Shown: one piece after another, positions 41,757-51,178 of the stretch
How the letters are laid out: each line of letters begins with the position of its first letter
How positions within the stretch are numbered: position 1 is the first letter of the stretch
Virus record (IMG/VR): IMGVR_UViG_3300029915_000731
Span: 36,341-100,340 of that record
Source of the DNA: a virus
Strand: one strand, 5' to 3'
DNA length: 64,000 nucleotides
Program-made: the position numbers and the translations under genes
Notes under the pieces: model-generated
Seen by the model: only the letters and a program-made list of their open reading frames with translations
Database searches by the model: none
Told to the model about the DNA's origin: nothing

Positions 41757-41776
41757 CAACCGGGAAGGAGTAACCT

Positions 41777-42457
41777 ATGGCCTATAAATATGCATATCCG
41801 GGACCACCGTTCCACTTTCTTGGCCATCTAAGCGCTAGTCAGTGGGCGGCGTTCAAGAAGTGGCAAGCGAAGCGTCAAAACTTCGATGCCATCTCTATGC
41901 ACCACCGTATCCGGGCTCAACAGCTACGGAAGACTGCGGGGGTGTTGGAGCAGTTTTACTCCACGGTGAATGACCAAGCCCTCACCCCAAGCCCCGCCGT
42001 CTGGATGCCAGACGGGACGAAGCCTATTTGGAAACCGGGTCCAGCAGGTCACTTCAATTACGCTTATGGGAATGACCACATCCCGATGGTCACCATGAGC
42101 AAAATCAAGAATCAGTACAAGGAACAGCTTCAGCGGGATGAAGAGGGTGTCTTTGCCATGAATCAGGTTCGTTGCTTGATTGAGAAGCATGAGGATGCGG
42201 GTCAGTATAGCTACGAGTTTACCCATCCACAGGACGCCGCCAAAGGATTGACAGGACTGTTGTCCAAAATTGATAGTCTTTTCGCAAAACCAGAGTACAG
42301 GACTGTTCTAGTGAGCGACCTGACAGATTTGAATAACGGGCTGCCACAAGCTCGTGTAAATCAGGCTGACGACATGGTTCCGGCTGAGCTTGATAATTTC
42401 AACCACTCGAAATCCTACCCATATGGTGGGATGGAGCAGGGGGATTTTCAACCATGA
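41777..42457 (+). CDS. Hypothetical protein in the baseplate cluster
   Basis: 226-aa ORF with AAGGAG SD. Confidence 0.65.
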   Translation: MAYKYAYPGPPFHFLGHLSASQWAAFKKWQAKRQNFDAISMHHRIRAQQLRKTAGVLEQFYSTVNDQALTPSPAVWMPDGTKPIWKPGPAGHFNYAYGNDHIPMVTMSKIKNQYKEQLQRDEEGVFAMNQVRCLIEKHEDAGQYSYEFTHPQDAAKGLTGLLSKIDSLFAKPEYRTVLVSDLTDLNNGLPQARVNQADDMVPAELDNFNHSKSYPYGGMEQGDFQP

Positions 42458-43230
42458 GCTACGATTTTTCTACAAAACTTATGCCATGCTCACACGAACA
42501 GAGTTTTGAACGGTACGTGGTGGACTATAAAGACTTCTCGACCCTACACCTAGCGGCAAATACGTCGCTCAACATGCGTGCCCCAATCAATGGACAGTCG
42601 CTGGTCAGGTTGTATATTCGAGGGAAGTTGGTCAGTTCCAATGACCGGGTGTATGGATACAGTATCAGTACGGACACCAATCGGTTACAAACCACTGATG
42701 CGTTTTATAAGATTAAGTTTAACCGTCCGGTGCGCTCCTACATCCCTTTGATTGAGGTCAGCTACCTCACTCTAGCCCCCTACTGCATGAAGTGCGGTGG
42801 GCAGGGACAACTCAATGACTACCATAAAGTCGCCAACGGGGGTATTCAGCGGGTAGTTGGGACGGACAAGCTGGTGCAGCGAGTGCTGAAGATGATCTTA
42901 ACCTCCCGCTGCCCTTATTACCCAGCGTTCACATGCAAAATTCGGGACTACATTGGGAAAAAGTGGGGAGTACAAATCACGGACGCGGATGTTGCTAACG
43001 AGATTATCAACTCCCTGTCGAACCTAAAACAGATTCAATCCGCCCAGAAGACGGTGCATCGGCTTGATCCTGCGGAGATGTTGAAGGACGTTACAGACAT
43101 CATTACGGCTACGCCAGACCCGACATCAGTTAGTGTTTCGGCTCAGATTTCCTCATATGCGACTTCTTCGAACCAAACGGTTCCGGTCAGCTTTTCTATA
43201 ACCACGACTAGACAGTTAGTAGGTAACTAA
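42454..43230 (+). CDS. gp25/gpW-like baseplate wedge protein
   Basis: DKLVQRVLKMILT...YIGKK motif, directly upstream of baseplate J-like gene. Confidence 0.6.
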   Translation: MSYDFSTKLMPCSHEQSFERYVVDYKDFSTLHLAANTSLNMRAPINGQSLVRLYIRGKLVSSNDRVYGYSISTDTNRLQTTDAFYKIKFNRPVRSYIPLIEVSYLTLAPYCMKCGGQGQLNDYHKVANGGIQRVVGTDKLVQRVLKMILTSRCPYYPAFTCKIRDYIGKKWGVQITDADVANEIINSLSNLKQIQSAQKTVHRLDPAEMLKDVTDIITATPDPTSVSVSAQISSYATSSNQTVPVSFSITTTRQLVGN

Positions 43231-46200
43231 TGCCAACACCGATTACTGGAAAAAACCCACTCGTCTCGCTTGTCCCCTCGCTCCCTTCGACGTTGACTGA
43301 CCTGTCCGTTGATTCGACCACGCTCCCTTACCAGATTCAAGCAGACTCGGTTTATAGTCAGTTGGTCATCACCGCCTACAATACCACCATGGTCAACTAT
43401 AACCCGGTGATCGCAGGGGACAATGCCACGTTTTCAGGCACCCTCAGCATAGACCCCGCTCAGGGTAACTCAACTGTTCAGATTGTGGCCTATAACTACA
43501 ATCCAAATCAAATGACTTGGACACCGGGAACTCAATATCCTTCTGGCTACCGTTTGGTGGATTCAAATGGGAATGTGCAGGTCTCAAGCGGGGGCGTCTC
43601 GGCTCCGTCTCAATTGGTTAACATCACAGGTGTTTCAGTGGCATCTGGGGTTCTCACAATCATTGCTTCAAATGGATTCACAGAAGGAACCCCGGTGGCT
43701 TTCACCAATGTCGCCATAGCCACCTTTTTGAACGGCGTCGCAGTAAAGATTTTGTCAGCCAATGCTTTGCAATTTACGGCGGCAACCTCTCACGCTGATT
43801 ACCCATTTCAGAGTGATTCAGGGGTAGGAACCGCAGTTTGGGCAACAGGCACTGGAAGCACCACGATTGATGGCACAGTCACATGGACGAATGCGGGGAC
43901 GCTCCAAATATCCCCGATGATTAAGTTCAACTTGATTTTCTTCCAGAGTAACTTAGGCACATTAATCGGCCCCCCATCTGCCCTTAGTGCCTATAAGACA
44001 CAAGATGTGTGCCGGATTGAGTGGCAGCAGCCAACCTATCCTGGAGTTATAGGAACGAGGGTCATGCTTTCGACCGACCCCTCCGGCATCAGCCCGAATT
44101 TTGTTCAATATGGGGATTTGATAACCCCCAGCACAATTAGTCGAACAGCCGTTGGAGTGATTTCTTCAAATACAACCACCGCGTACGACCCCACGACTGG
44201 GCAGCAGGTGATAACGACGTACAATAACACCCAAACGACAAATTACAACTCGGTTGACATCCCTTCATCAGCTCTTAATGGGGCTCAGCAATTCTATGCA
44301 ATGTTGTCAACGGTTGTTCAAGACCAGCCCACCAACGCTATTTTTGAGTCTCAACAAAACGGCCCATTGCTTTGTGGCTTCGTCAATTTGAAATTGACCA
44401 ACCCCACGGATTTTCTCGCGCTACAGCGCAGAGAAGATATTACCGCTCGGCTCATCACCCAGATGACCAGGTATTACCCAAATCTTGATCTGACCCCCCG
44501 CTCGGAGATTCGAGATTTGATGGTAGACCCGGTCTCCATCGAGATTGCCAACATGTCGGTTCGCGAGTGGTTTGCTCGCATGAGTCAGTCTGTCTCGGCG
44601 ATTTGTCAGGTGGACGATTCGAACGATGATGGGTTTAGCGATGCTTTTGATGCATCTCCTGTCAAGCAGCAGCTCTCCCGTGCGTTCAATCTCAGCCCCA
44701 GTGACACTCAGACTTTGATTGACAATCAATTCGACATTCTAGGAGAGCAAGCGGGGCTCGTTCGCAACAGTTCCTCACCTTCTGTAGTTACTTTGACTTT
44801 CTACACGTACGTGAAACCTGTGGCCTCCGTGGCATTTACGCAGGGGACAATCTGTTCCACGCTGCCCGACACTCAGACTCCGTCGCTAAACTTCATCACG
44901 ACAGGGTCAGCTACGGTGAATATATCCGCCGTAAACTCGTTTTACGACCCTATCAACGGCTGGTGGTCAGTTACAGTCCCCGCGTCTTGTCAATCGAGCG
45001 GGAGCACCACTAATGTGGGTGCTGGTACCATCCAGAAAGTTTCCTCAGGCACACCCGCTGGTTGGAACGTGATTAATCTTGCGGCTTCAGCCTTTGGTCA
45101 GGATGATGAAATCAATTCAGCTTTCGCGGCTAGAATCATGAACCGTATGGTTACGGGTGTAGATTCCGGGACACGGAACGGATACCTCACAACCGCCCTC
45201 GCTACACCGGGGATTGTTTCTGCCTCCGTAGTGGCCGCTGGTGATACTGAAATGCTCCGTGACTGGGATTCGCTTCGACAGAAGCATGTCTACGGGTGCG
45301 TGGACATCTATGCCCAAGGAACAACATCCTCAGAACAGAACGAGATTATCTCATACACTTATGGAAACTCAGGGACATTTGGCTCCCTCTCCTCTTATCT
45401 GACCCTCAATTTGACATCTAACCCAACAACGCTGGGGAGTAACAGCCTTATTGTGTTTCAAGTTGTGGGGTTCAATACACTTGAATACCCACTATACCAA
45501 GGGCTCCAGTTGGCGGTATCCCGCCAGTCGAGTAGCATCATTTACTACCTTGGGCTCACAAATGCCCAGTTTGATAACACCAACGGGTATATCCTCGTCA
45601 GCCCAACTGATATGGCATATCAGATTGTCGGGGATTCATTCACCCAGACTCCAACTCCTGCAATGTTTTCTGGGGTGGCCGTTAACAATCAGCAACTCCT
45701 CGCAAAGCTCGGGAGCACTGCGACTTATCAGTTAATCAGTCGTTACCACTCACCCCTTAGCCTGACTCCTGATCTTCAACCAATTACTTCAGTCAATTCG
45801 GTGACCGGACAACCTAACCTCACGGGTTCGGTGAACTCCTCCATTATTACTTTAGTACACACCTCCGACTTTTTGCTAAACGGTTCCTCCAATAAGGCTG
45901 GAGATGAGGTGCAAGTCTCAGCCACAGCCAGTGCCTCAACTACTGCAACCGTTACCGCATCTCTGGGTAACTACGTCACCGTAGACACCAACATGGATGT
46001 TCCCTTGATTAGCGGTGCTCCGGGGGCGATGCTATCAGTCCTATCAAGCGACCAGTCGGAGAGTTATGGCTGGGGGGTGGATTACACCACGGCATCCACA
46101 GGGGTTTACCACAGCTATGGGATTCAACCAAAACAGGTCACCTGCGAGGTCACTAACATTTTGATTTCAGGTGGTGTCCTGACAGCCACTTGCAACAATC

Positions 46201-47645
46201 GTTTTGGAGTCAATGCTCCAGTCACATTCAATGACCTCACAGGGGCTAGTTTCCTTAGTGGCCAAACAGTGGTAGTGTCTGGTTCGGATACATTGTCCTT
46301 CACGGCTCCTTACCAATATAACGATTACCCCTCGACCCCAGACACCGGGACGGTAGTCGGATACACCATATTGGATGGTCAGCAGCTTCTGGTCAGCTAT
46401 AACAAGTTCCAACTTATGGAGAATCTCAACTTCGCAAGTGGCGAGCCTCAACAGCTCAACGGTACTATTCCCTCCACGCTGAGTAATCAAGGGTTTGTTT
46501 ACAACACGTGGCTCCCTGAGAGCTATGGACGCACCGACCTCACGTTAGATGGTTGGGGTGGGAACTACACCACGGATGTGAACGGGGCGGTGACGGGGTT
46601 AGACCTCTCCACCTCAACCGGGCTGGTTGAGGCGTTAGTCCCCCGCACTTCACGCTACATCAAGGTGACCTATAACGGGAAGGTGATGAAAGAGGGGTCT
46701 GATTTTATTCTCACGGTTGACTCAGTCTCGGGTACAGCGAGTATTTCACGGAACGTGAGTAACGTAGCAAATATCCCGGATGGTGGCTCGGTGTTGGTCT
46801 CTTATTTTTACACTGAGGCATTTACGGTTTCAACCCAATACCCCGCTTTTGTGGAGTCCTTGGTGGGTGCGCTCTCGAATACCAAGCACGCAGCAGCGGA
46901 TGTTCTGGTGAAGGCGAAGATTTCCAACCCAGTAGACATTACCATGTCGATTGTGCTGGAGTCCAATGCCTCTTCGGATACTCTCGACCCAATTATCCGT
47001 ACGACCATTGACCTTGTCCTTGATAACGCTTCGGGTACACTCTACCAGAGTGAGATAGTTCGTCAGGTAAAGGCCATCACGGGGGTGCAGAGTGTGGTTC
47101 TGCCTCTAGTTAAGTGTGCCAAGAGTGACGGTGCTTACAATGTGGGCAGCATCATCCCGACTAACACATCTTGGACTGCTTTAGCATCTGACCCGGCAAT
47201 TATTGCGGAGAGACTCGTTACCCCCGCGAACAGTTACATCACCTCAACCCCGGTACTAACAGACAGCACTATCCCTTCAGGGGGCACAGCAAATGCGTTC
47301 GTAGGGCTCCTTTTCCAAGGGCAGTCCTACACTCGTTGCATGTCAATACAGGAATTCCTGAATTTGGCCAGCTCTCCCGTTGACTCTACGCAATCGGGGT
47401 TCTTCTACATCTGCGGCGGAAATGACCCCTTGGTGGTGAACCCCTCGGCGACAACAGATTACCTCAGCTATTCGTATGCAGGTAAGGTAATTCTATGCGT
47501 TCCACAGGATGTCAAGAATCCGAGTATTAATTCATACACGGTGACTTATCAAGTGTGGGGAGAGGGCTCGGCTGGAGATGTTACGATGAGCAGTACGGAG
47601 TATTTTTCTCCTGGGCGCATTACCCTAAATTACCTCAGTAACTGA
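43230..47645 (+). CDS. Baseplate J-like wedge protein (extended)
   Basis: PRSEIRDLMVDP, GQDDEINSAFAARI, GYLTTALATPGIVSASVV and GCVDIY motifs. Confidence 0.7.
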   Translation: MPTPITGKNPLVSLVPSLPSTLTDLSVDSTTLPYQIQADSVYSQLVITAYNTTMVNYNPVIAGDNATFSGTLSIDPAQGNSTVQIVAYNYNPNQMTWTPGTQYPSGYRLVDSNGNVQVSSGGVSAPSQLVNITGVSVASGVLTIIASNGFTEGTPVAFTNVAIATFLNGVAVKILSANALQFTAATSHADYPFQSDSGVGTAVWATGTGSTTIDGTVTWTNAGTLQISPMIKFNLIFFQSNLGTLIGPPSALSAYKTQDVCRIEWQQPTYPGVIGTRVMLSTDPSGISPNFVQYGDLITPSTISRTAVGVISSNTTTAYDPTTGQQVITTYNNTQTTNYNSVDIPSSALNGAQQFYAMLSTVVQDQPTNAIFESQQNGPLLCGFVNLKLTNPTDFLALQRREDITARLITQMTRYYPNLDLTPRSEIRDLMVDPVSIEIANMSVREWFARMSQSVSAICQVDDSNDDGFSDAFDASPVKQQLSRAFNLSPSDTQTLIDNQFDILGEQAGLVRNSSSPSVVTLTFYTYVKPVASVAFTQGTICSTLPDTQTPSLNFITTGSATVNISAVNSFYDPINGWWSVTVPASCQSSGSTTNVGAGTIQKVSSGTPAGWNVINLAASAFGQDDEINSAFAARIMNRMVTGVDSGTRNGYLTTALATPGIVSASVVAAGDTEMLRDWDSLRQKHVYGCVDIYAQGTTSSEQNEIISYTYGNSGTFGSLSSYLTLNLTSNPTTLGSNSLIVFQVVGFNTLEYPLYQGLQLAVSRQSSSIIYYLGLTNAQFDNTNGYILVSPTDMAYQIVGDSFTQTPTPAMFSGVAVNNQQLLAKLGSTATYQLISRYHSPLSLTPDLQPITSVNSVTGQPNLTGSVNSSIITLVHTSDFLLNGSSNKAGDEVQVSATASASTTATVTASLGNYVTVDTNMDVPLISGAPGAMLSVLSSDQSESYGWGVDYTTASTGVYHSYGIQPKQVTCEVTNILISGGVLTATCNNRFGVNAPVTFNDLTGASFLSGQTVVVSGSDTLSFTAPYQYNDYPSTPDTGTVVGYTILDGQQLLVSYNKFQLMENLNFASGEPQQLNGTIPSTLSNQGFVYNTWLPESYGRTDLTLDGWGGNYTTDVNGAVTGLDLSTSTGLVEALVPRTSRYIKVTYNGKVMKEGSDFILTVDSVSGTASISRNVSNVANIPDGGSVLVSYFYTEAFTVSTQYPAFVESLVGALSNTKHAAADVLVKAKISNPVDITMSIVLESNASSDTLDPIIRTTIDLVLDNASGTLYQSEIVRQVKAITGVQSVVLPLVKCAKSDGAYNVGSIIPTNTSWTALASDPAIIAERLVTPANSYITSTPVLTDSTIPSGGTANAFVGLLFQGQSYTRCMSIQEFLNLASSPVDSTQSGFFYICGGNDPLVVNPSATTDYLSYSYAGKVILCVPQDVKNPSINSYTVTYQVWGEGSAGDVTMSSTEYFSPGRITLNYLSN

Positions 47646-47699
47646 TCCACGAAAACTCCGAAGCTAGGGGTCTTGTAAAAAAAAGGCAGAGGCGGAATA

Positions 47700-49964
47700 A
47701 TGGCAAACGCATTGTATACCCCCAAGGGGGTGTGGTCAAAGGCCGTGAATTACAACTACCTCGACGAGGTACAGTACGCCAGGGTCTTCTATGTCTGCGT
47801 TTCCATTAGTTCACTGGGGGAGCAGCCTGACATTTCCCAGTCTTGGGTTGCCATCCCCACCATCTCTACGCAGGATGAGCTTTACCTGAAGTCCCGTGAA
47901 GACCTCCTTTATTTTGAAGATAACCGTTTCAACTCGTTGCTCAAGGGGGTGGCAAACTTCTATTCCATAGCCAACGACCAGAGCCTATGGGGAAACTTCC
48001 TCAGGGCGGTGGCCATGGAGTTAGCACGTTTGGACTACTTGTATCAGTACGATATCATTAACAAGCAACCCAAATACATGACGCCCACCGACATTCGGCG
48101 CAAGTATGCTGACGTTCTTTTTATTGACAAAACGTATCCTCAACGTGACCAGTTTGATTTGGGGGACTTCTCAGGCACCTCCTCAGCCCCCACTGCCCCA
48201 GTGGGTTATCGAGACATGCTTATCGACCTCCTCGCTGCCTATCACAAAGGGGCAACTCCGGCTGCAATTGAAGCAGTCATTTACGCCTACACGGGGAAGA
48301 CAATTACGGTAGAGGAGTTGTACACCCAGATTGGTCTTCCGGGAAGCATTTACGACCAATCAGACCGAAATTCGGTAAAGGTGAGTGTTAACGTAGGGGG
48401 TGATGACCCCCTGACCGACATTCAAAATCTCCAACAACTTCAGGACATCACCGAGTCACTCTATGGAGCAATCGACCTCACAAAACCAGCTCATGTGGGG
48501 CTTGAGTTCACAACAGTTTTTGGCACAGGGGAATCCGCCGACCAGCTCATCAGTCCTCGCTACCTTTCACAGTATCAACTGAACACGTTAACTGTAGCTC
48601 AGCAAACCTATTATGCCCTAATTACCTATGTATTGAAAGTTTCTCCATTCTCAGGTTGGGTTAAGGGGGTGGCAGTGCCCCTTTCGGTAACCCTCCCGGT
48701 CATAGGGACTGTACCTACTTTGATTCAAGACAGCAACGGCAACATCCAAATGGCTGTTGTCCCCGGAAACTCAGGTGCCACATTACCAGAGTGGAGCACA
48801 GAGCTTCAGGGGGTTACGGTTGATGGCACAGTTCAATGGGCTAACATCGGCACGGCGCAAATTAGCATTGCAGCTTACTCCGCCTTAACTCCGGCTCAAC
48901 AGGCTCTTTATCAAGGCTATTACTACAACTCATCTGGTATTGACGACACACTGAGAGTCATCATCCAGCAGTTCGAGGAGCCACCCTTCGACCCGATGCT
49001 CTGGCAAGCACCCATCATCAATATCGCACACCCGACGACAACCTTGGCGGCGTATGGTGTGAAACTTCAAAATAACATTACAGCCATGCAGTGGCAGCAA
49101 CTTCAGTCGAGCCCCGCTCCTTGGGATGCCACCGTGACTTATAAGCGGGGTGCCTTGACTCGCGGCCTCACTTACATGGTTTCACAGGGGTCGGGCACCA
49201 TGGGCACGATGACAGACACCATTTCGTGGATTATGTACCGCGCAACAAAGAAGAATGTAGGACAGAACCCAGTAACGGATGGAGCCGGGATATACTGGAA
49301 GCCCATTTCCAGCCCCTCTGCTTACCAAGCCTACTACTGGAATGGAAATGCTTATTCTCTAGGGATTCAGAAATGGGCACCTGAAACCGTGTTTTACGCG
49401 GGGCAATATGTTTCAGACCCCAATGGCAACCTTCAGATTGCCTTAGCTGGTGGCACATCGGGCAGTTCGACTACGGTATTAGGGGTATCTGTGACTGATG
49501 TAAGTCTGGCTACGGGTGTGCCCCTTGGGACTTTGACAGTCATGGTGCCTTCTACGGTGGGGCTACCCATCGTTGGCACAGGGCAAACTGCTTCGGTGAC
49601 TTTCTATGATCTCACCAACGCTACTTTCCTAAATGGGCAGACCCTCGCCATCACGTCCCTCACCCCCACCTCGATTGTGATAAATAATTTTCAGCATCTG
49701 GCTTACACGGCCACCAGTGATACGGGAAACGTACAAGCAGGGTTTGCGGCCACAGGCAAAACGAATGACGGAGGAGTAGAGTGGCAGTGTGTCACTTCTG
49801 GCCTCACCGACCCATCGAAGTGGATTGGGATCACGGATAACGGGGTGATGACGGGTGAGGTTTCGAACTGGGACGCCGCCCACCCTTATGGGCTACTCGC
49901 ACCAAGACAGGATTTGGTGTGGGAAGTCAGTGGTGACACGTTTAATGGTTATGAGTACGATTAG
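47700..49964 (+). CDS. Baseplate wedge (gpI/gp7-like) protein with carbohydrate-binding-like repeats
   Basis: YRDMLIDLLAAYHKGAT and KPAHVG motifs; W...YxxG repeats; follows the J-like gene. Confidence 0.6.
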   Translation: MANALYTPKGVWSKAVNYNYLDEVQYARVFYVCVSISSLGEQPDISQSWVAIPTISTQDELYLKSREDLLYFEDNRFNSLLKGVANFYSIANDQSLWGNFLRAVAMELARLDYLYQYDIINKQPKYMTPTDIRRKYADVLFIDKTYPQRDQFDLGDFSGTSSAPTAPVGYRDMLIDLLAAYHKGATPAAIEAVIYAYTGKTITVEELYTQIGLPGSIYDQSDRNSVKVSVNVGGDDPLTDIQNLQQLQDITESLYGAIDLTKPAHVGLEFTTVFGTGESADQLISPRYLSQYQLNTLTVAQQTYYALITYVLKVSPFSGWVKGVAVPLSVTLPVIGTVPTLIQDSNGNIQMAVVPGNSGATLPEWSTELQGVTVDGTVQWANIGTAQISIAAYSALTPAQQALYQGYYYNSSGIDDTLRVIIQQFEEPPFDPMLWQAPIINIAHPTTTLAAYGVKLQNNITAMQWQQLQSSPAPWDATVTYKRGALTRGLTYMVSQGSGTMGTMTDTISWIMYRATKKNVGQNPVTDGAGIYWKPISSPSAYQAYYWNGNAYSLGIQKWAPETVFYAGQYVSDPNGNLQIALAGGTSGSSTTVLGVSVTDVSLATGVPLGTLTVMVPSTVGLPIVGTGQTASVTFYDLTNATFLNGQTLAITSLTPTSIVINNFQHLAYTATSDTGNVQAGFAATGKTNDGGVEWQCVTSGLTDPSKWIGITDNGVMTGEVSNWDAAHPYGLLAPRQDLVWEVSGDTFNGYEYD

Positions 49965-49992
49965 TAACTTTTTTGACTACGGACTCCTTGAA

Positions 49993-51150
49993 CGGATTTA
50001 ATGAGCGCAATCCCAGACTTTAGTCTGGGTTAGCGAATGCCTTTAGGCGGTATTAGACATTATGCTTCAATACCAACTCAAACTTCGACCTTGCAGGGCG
50101 CAAGAGCAAACCTGCGACCAGTGGCTCTACCATCTGGCGTCAGTCTACAACTTTGCCGTCCGCAAGATAGAGCTAAACGCCAAGGATAAAATCTACTTTT
50201 CCAAAAACGATTTCCAAAACATCTTGGCGAATCACGGCGCGAAGCTGGGAATACCAAGCCATACGATTCAGGGTGTGCTGTGCACCGTCTTTGATGCGTG
50301 GAAGCGATGTTTCAAGAAAATTGGGGGCAAGCCACGTCTTAAAGGAATGCGGAACAAACTCACCAGCATTCCGTTCCCTGACCCTATCAAGGCTCCGAAA
50401 GGCAACCGCATTACGCTTCCGGGCCTAGGCAGTGTACGCTTCCACAAGCAGGAAATCCCGGAGGGAAAGATCAAGTGCGGGCGTCTAGTCAAAAGAGCTT
50501 CGGGATGGTATCTGTGCCTCTTTATCGACGCGCAGCCGAAGGTCATCGAGCGGTTAGCGTTTGGTCAGATTGGTATAGACCCCGGATTCTCCCACTTGCT
50601 GACTACTTCGGATGGGGAAGTCATCGAACATCCGCGAGAGTTAGAAGCAGCAGCACAACGTCTTGCACAAGCACAAAGAGGGCACGACAAGAAGTTGGCA
50701 GCACGGATTCAGGAGCGCATTGCCAACCGCAAAAAAGACAGAAACCACAAGATTACAACGAAGTTGGTGTCGGAGAATGCGCTCATAGTTTGGAGCAAGG
50801 ACAATCACCGAGGTATAGCAAAGAGATTTGGGAAGAGCGTGAGCAGTTCGGCGCACGCACAGATTCGACAACAACTGTCCTACAAGATGCCCATAAGCGG
50901 TGGGACGTTTATCGAAGTTGCTTCCAAGGATTCCACCAAGACTTGTAATCAATGCGGGAGCCCATTTGGTCCTTCAGGGTTTGCAGGATTGTCGGTAAGG
51001 CAATGGCGATGTTCTGCCTGTGGAGCAGATCACGACCGTGATGTCAATGCGGCTCGTAACACGCTATTCGCCGGGGCAGGATGTGCCCACGAGGAGTTGG
51101 CTTATGTCTAACTCAGACAGGAATCCCAGAGCTTGCTCTGGGAGCATCAA
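49993..51150 (+). mobile_element. IS200/IS605-family non-autonomous element (tnpB only)
   Basis: Left hairpin CCCAGACT-TT-AGTCTGGG (50012-50029); right hairpin CCCAGAGC-TT-GCTCTGGG ending ...GCATCAA at 51150; no tnpA. Left boundary approximate. Confidence 0.75.
50062..51111 (+). CDS. tnpB: TnpB RNA-guided endonuclease-family protein
   Basis: N-terminal HTH (YQLKLRP...VYN), RuvC-I IGIDPG, Zn finger CNQCG...CSACG, RuvC-III HDRDVNAARN. Confidence 0.9.
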   Translation: MLQYQLKLRPCRAQEQTCDQWLYHLASVYNFAVRKIELNAKDKIYFSKNDFQNILANHGAKLGIPSHTIQGVLCTVFDAWKRCFKKIGGKPRLKGMRNKLTSIPFPDPIKAPKGNRITLPGLGSVRFHKQEIPEGKIKCGRLVKRASGWYLCLFIDAQPKVIERLAFGQIGIDPGFSHLLTTSDGEVIEHPRELEAAAQRLAQAQRGHDKKLAARIQERIANRKKDRNHKITTKLVSENALIVWSKDNHRGIAKRFGKSVSSSAHAQIRQQLSYKMPISGGTFIEVASKDSTKTCNQCGSPFGPSGFAGLSVRQWRCSACGADHDRDVNAARNTLFAGAGCAHEELAYV

Positions 51151-51178
51151 AGTTGAGACTACTCAATCTATGTATAGT

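Noticed and set aside
30147-49207. 31-bp repeat as a DGR template/variable pair
   Set aside because: Too short, no adenine-specific mismatches, not at a C-terminus, and no reverse transcriptase in the window.
51020-51178. N-terminal extension of the 810-aa ORF
   Set aside because: It overlaps the tnpB 3' end, omegaRNA and IS right end; the real start is more likely ATG 51170 or 51179.
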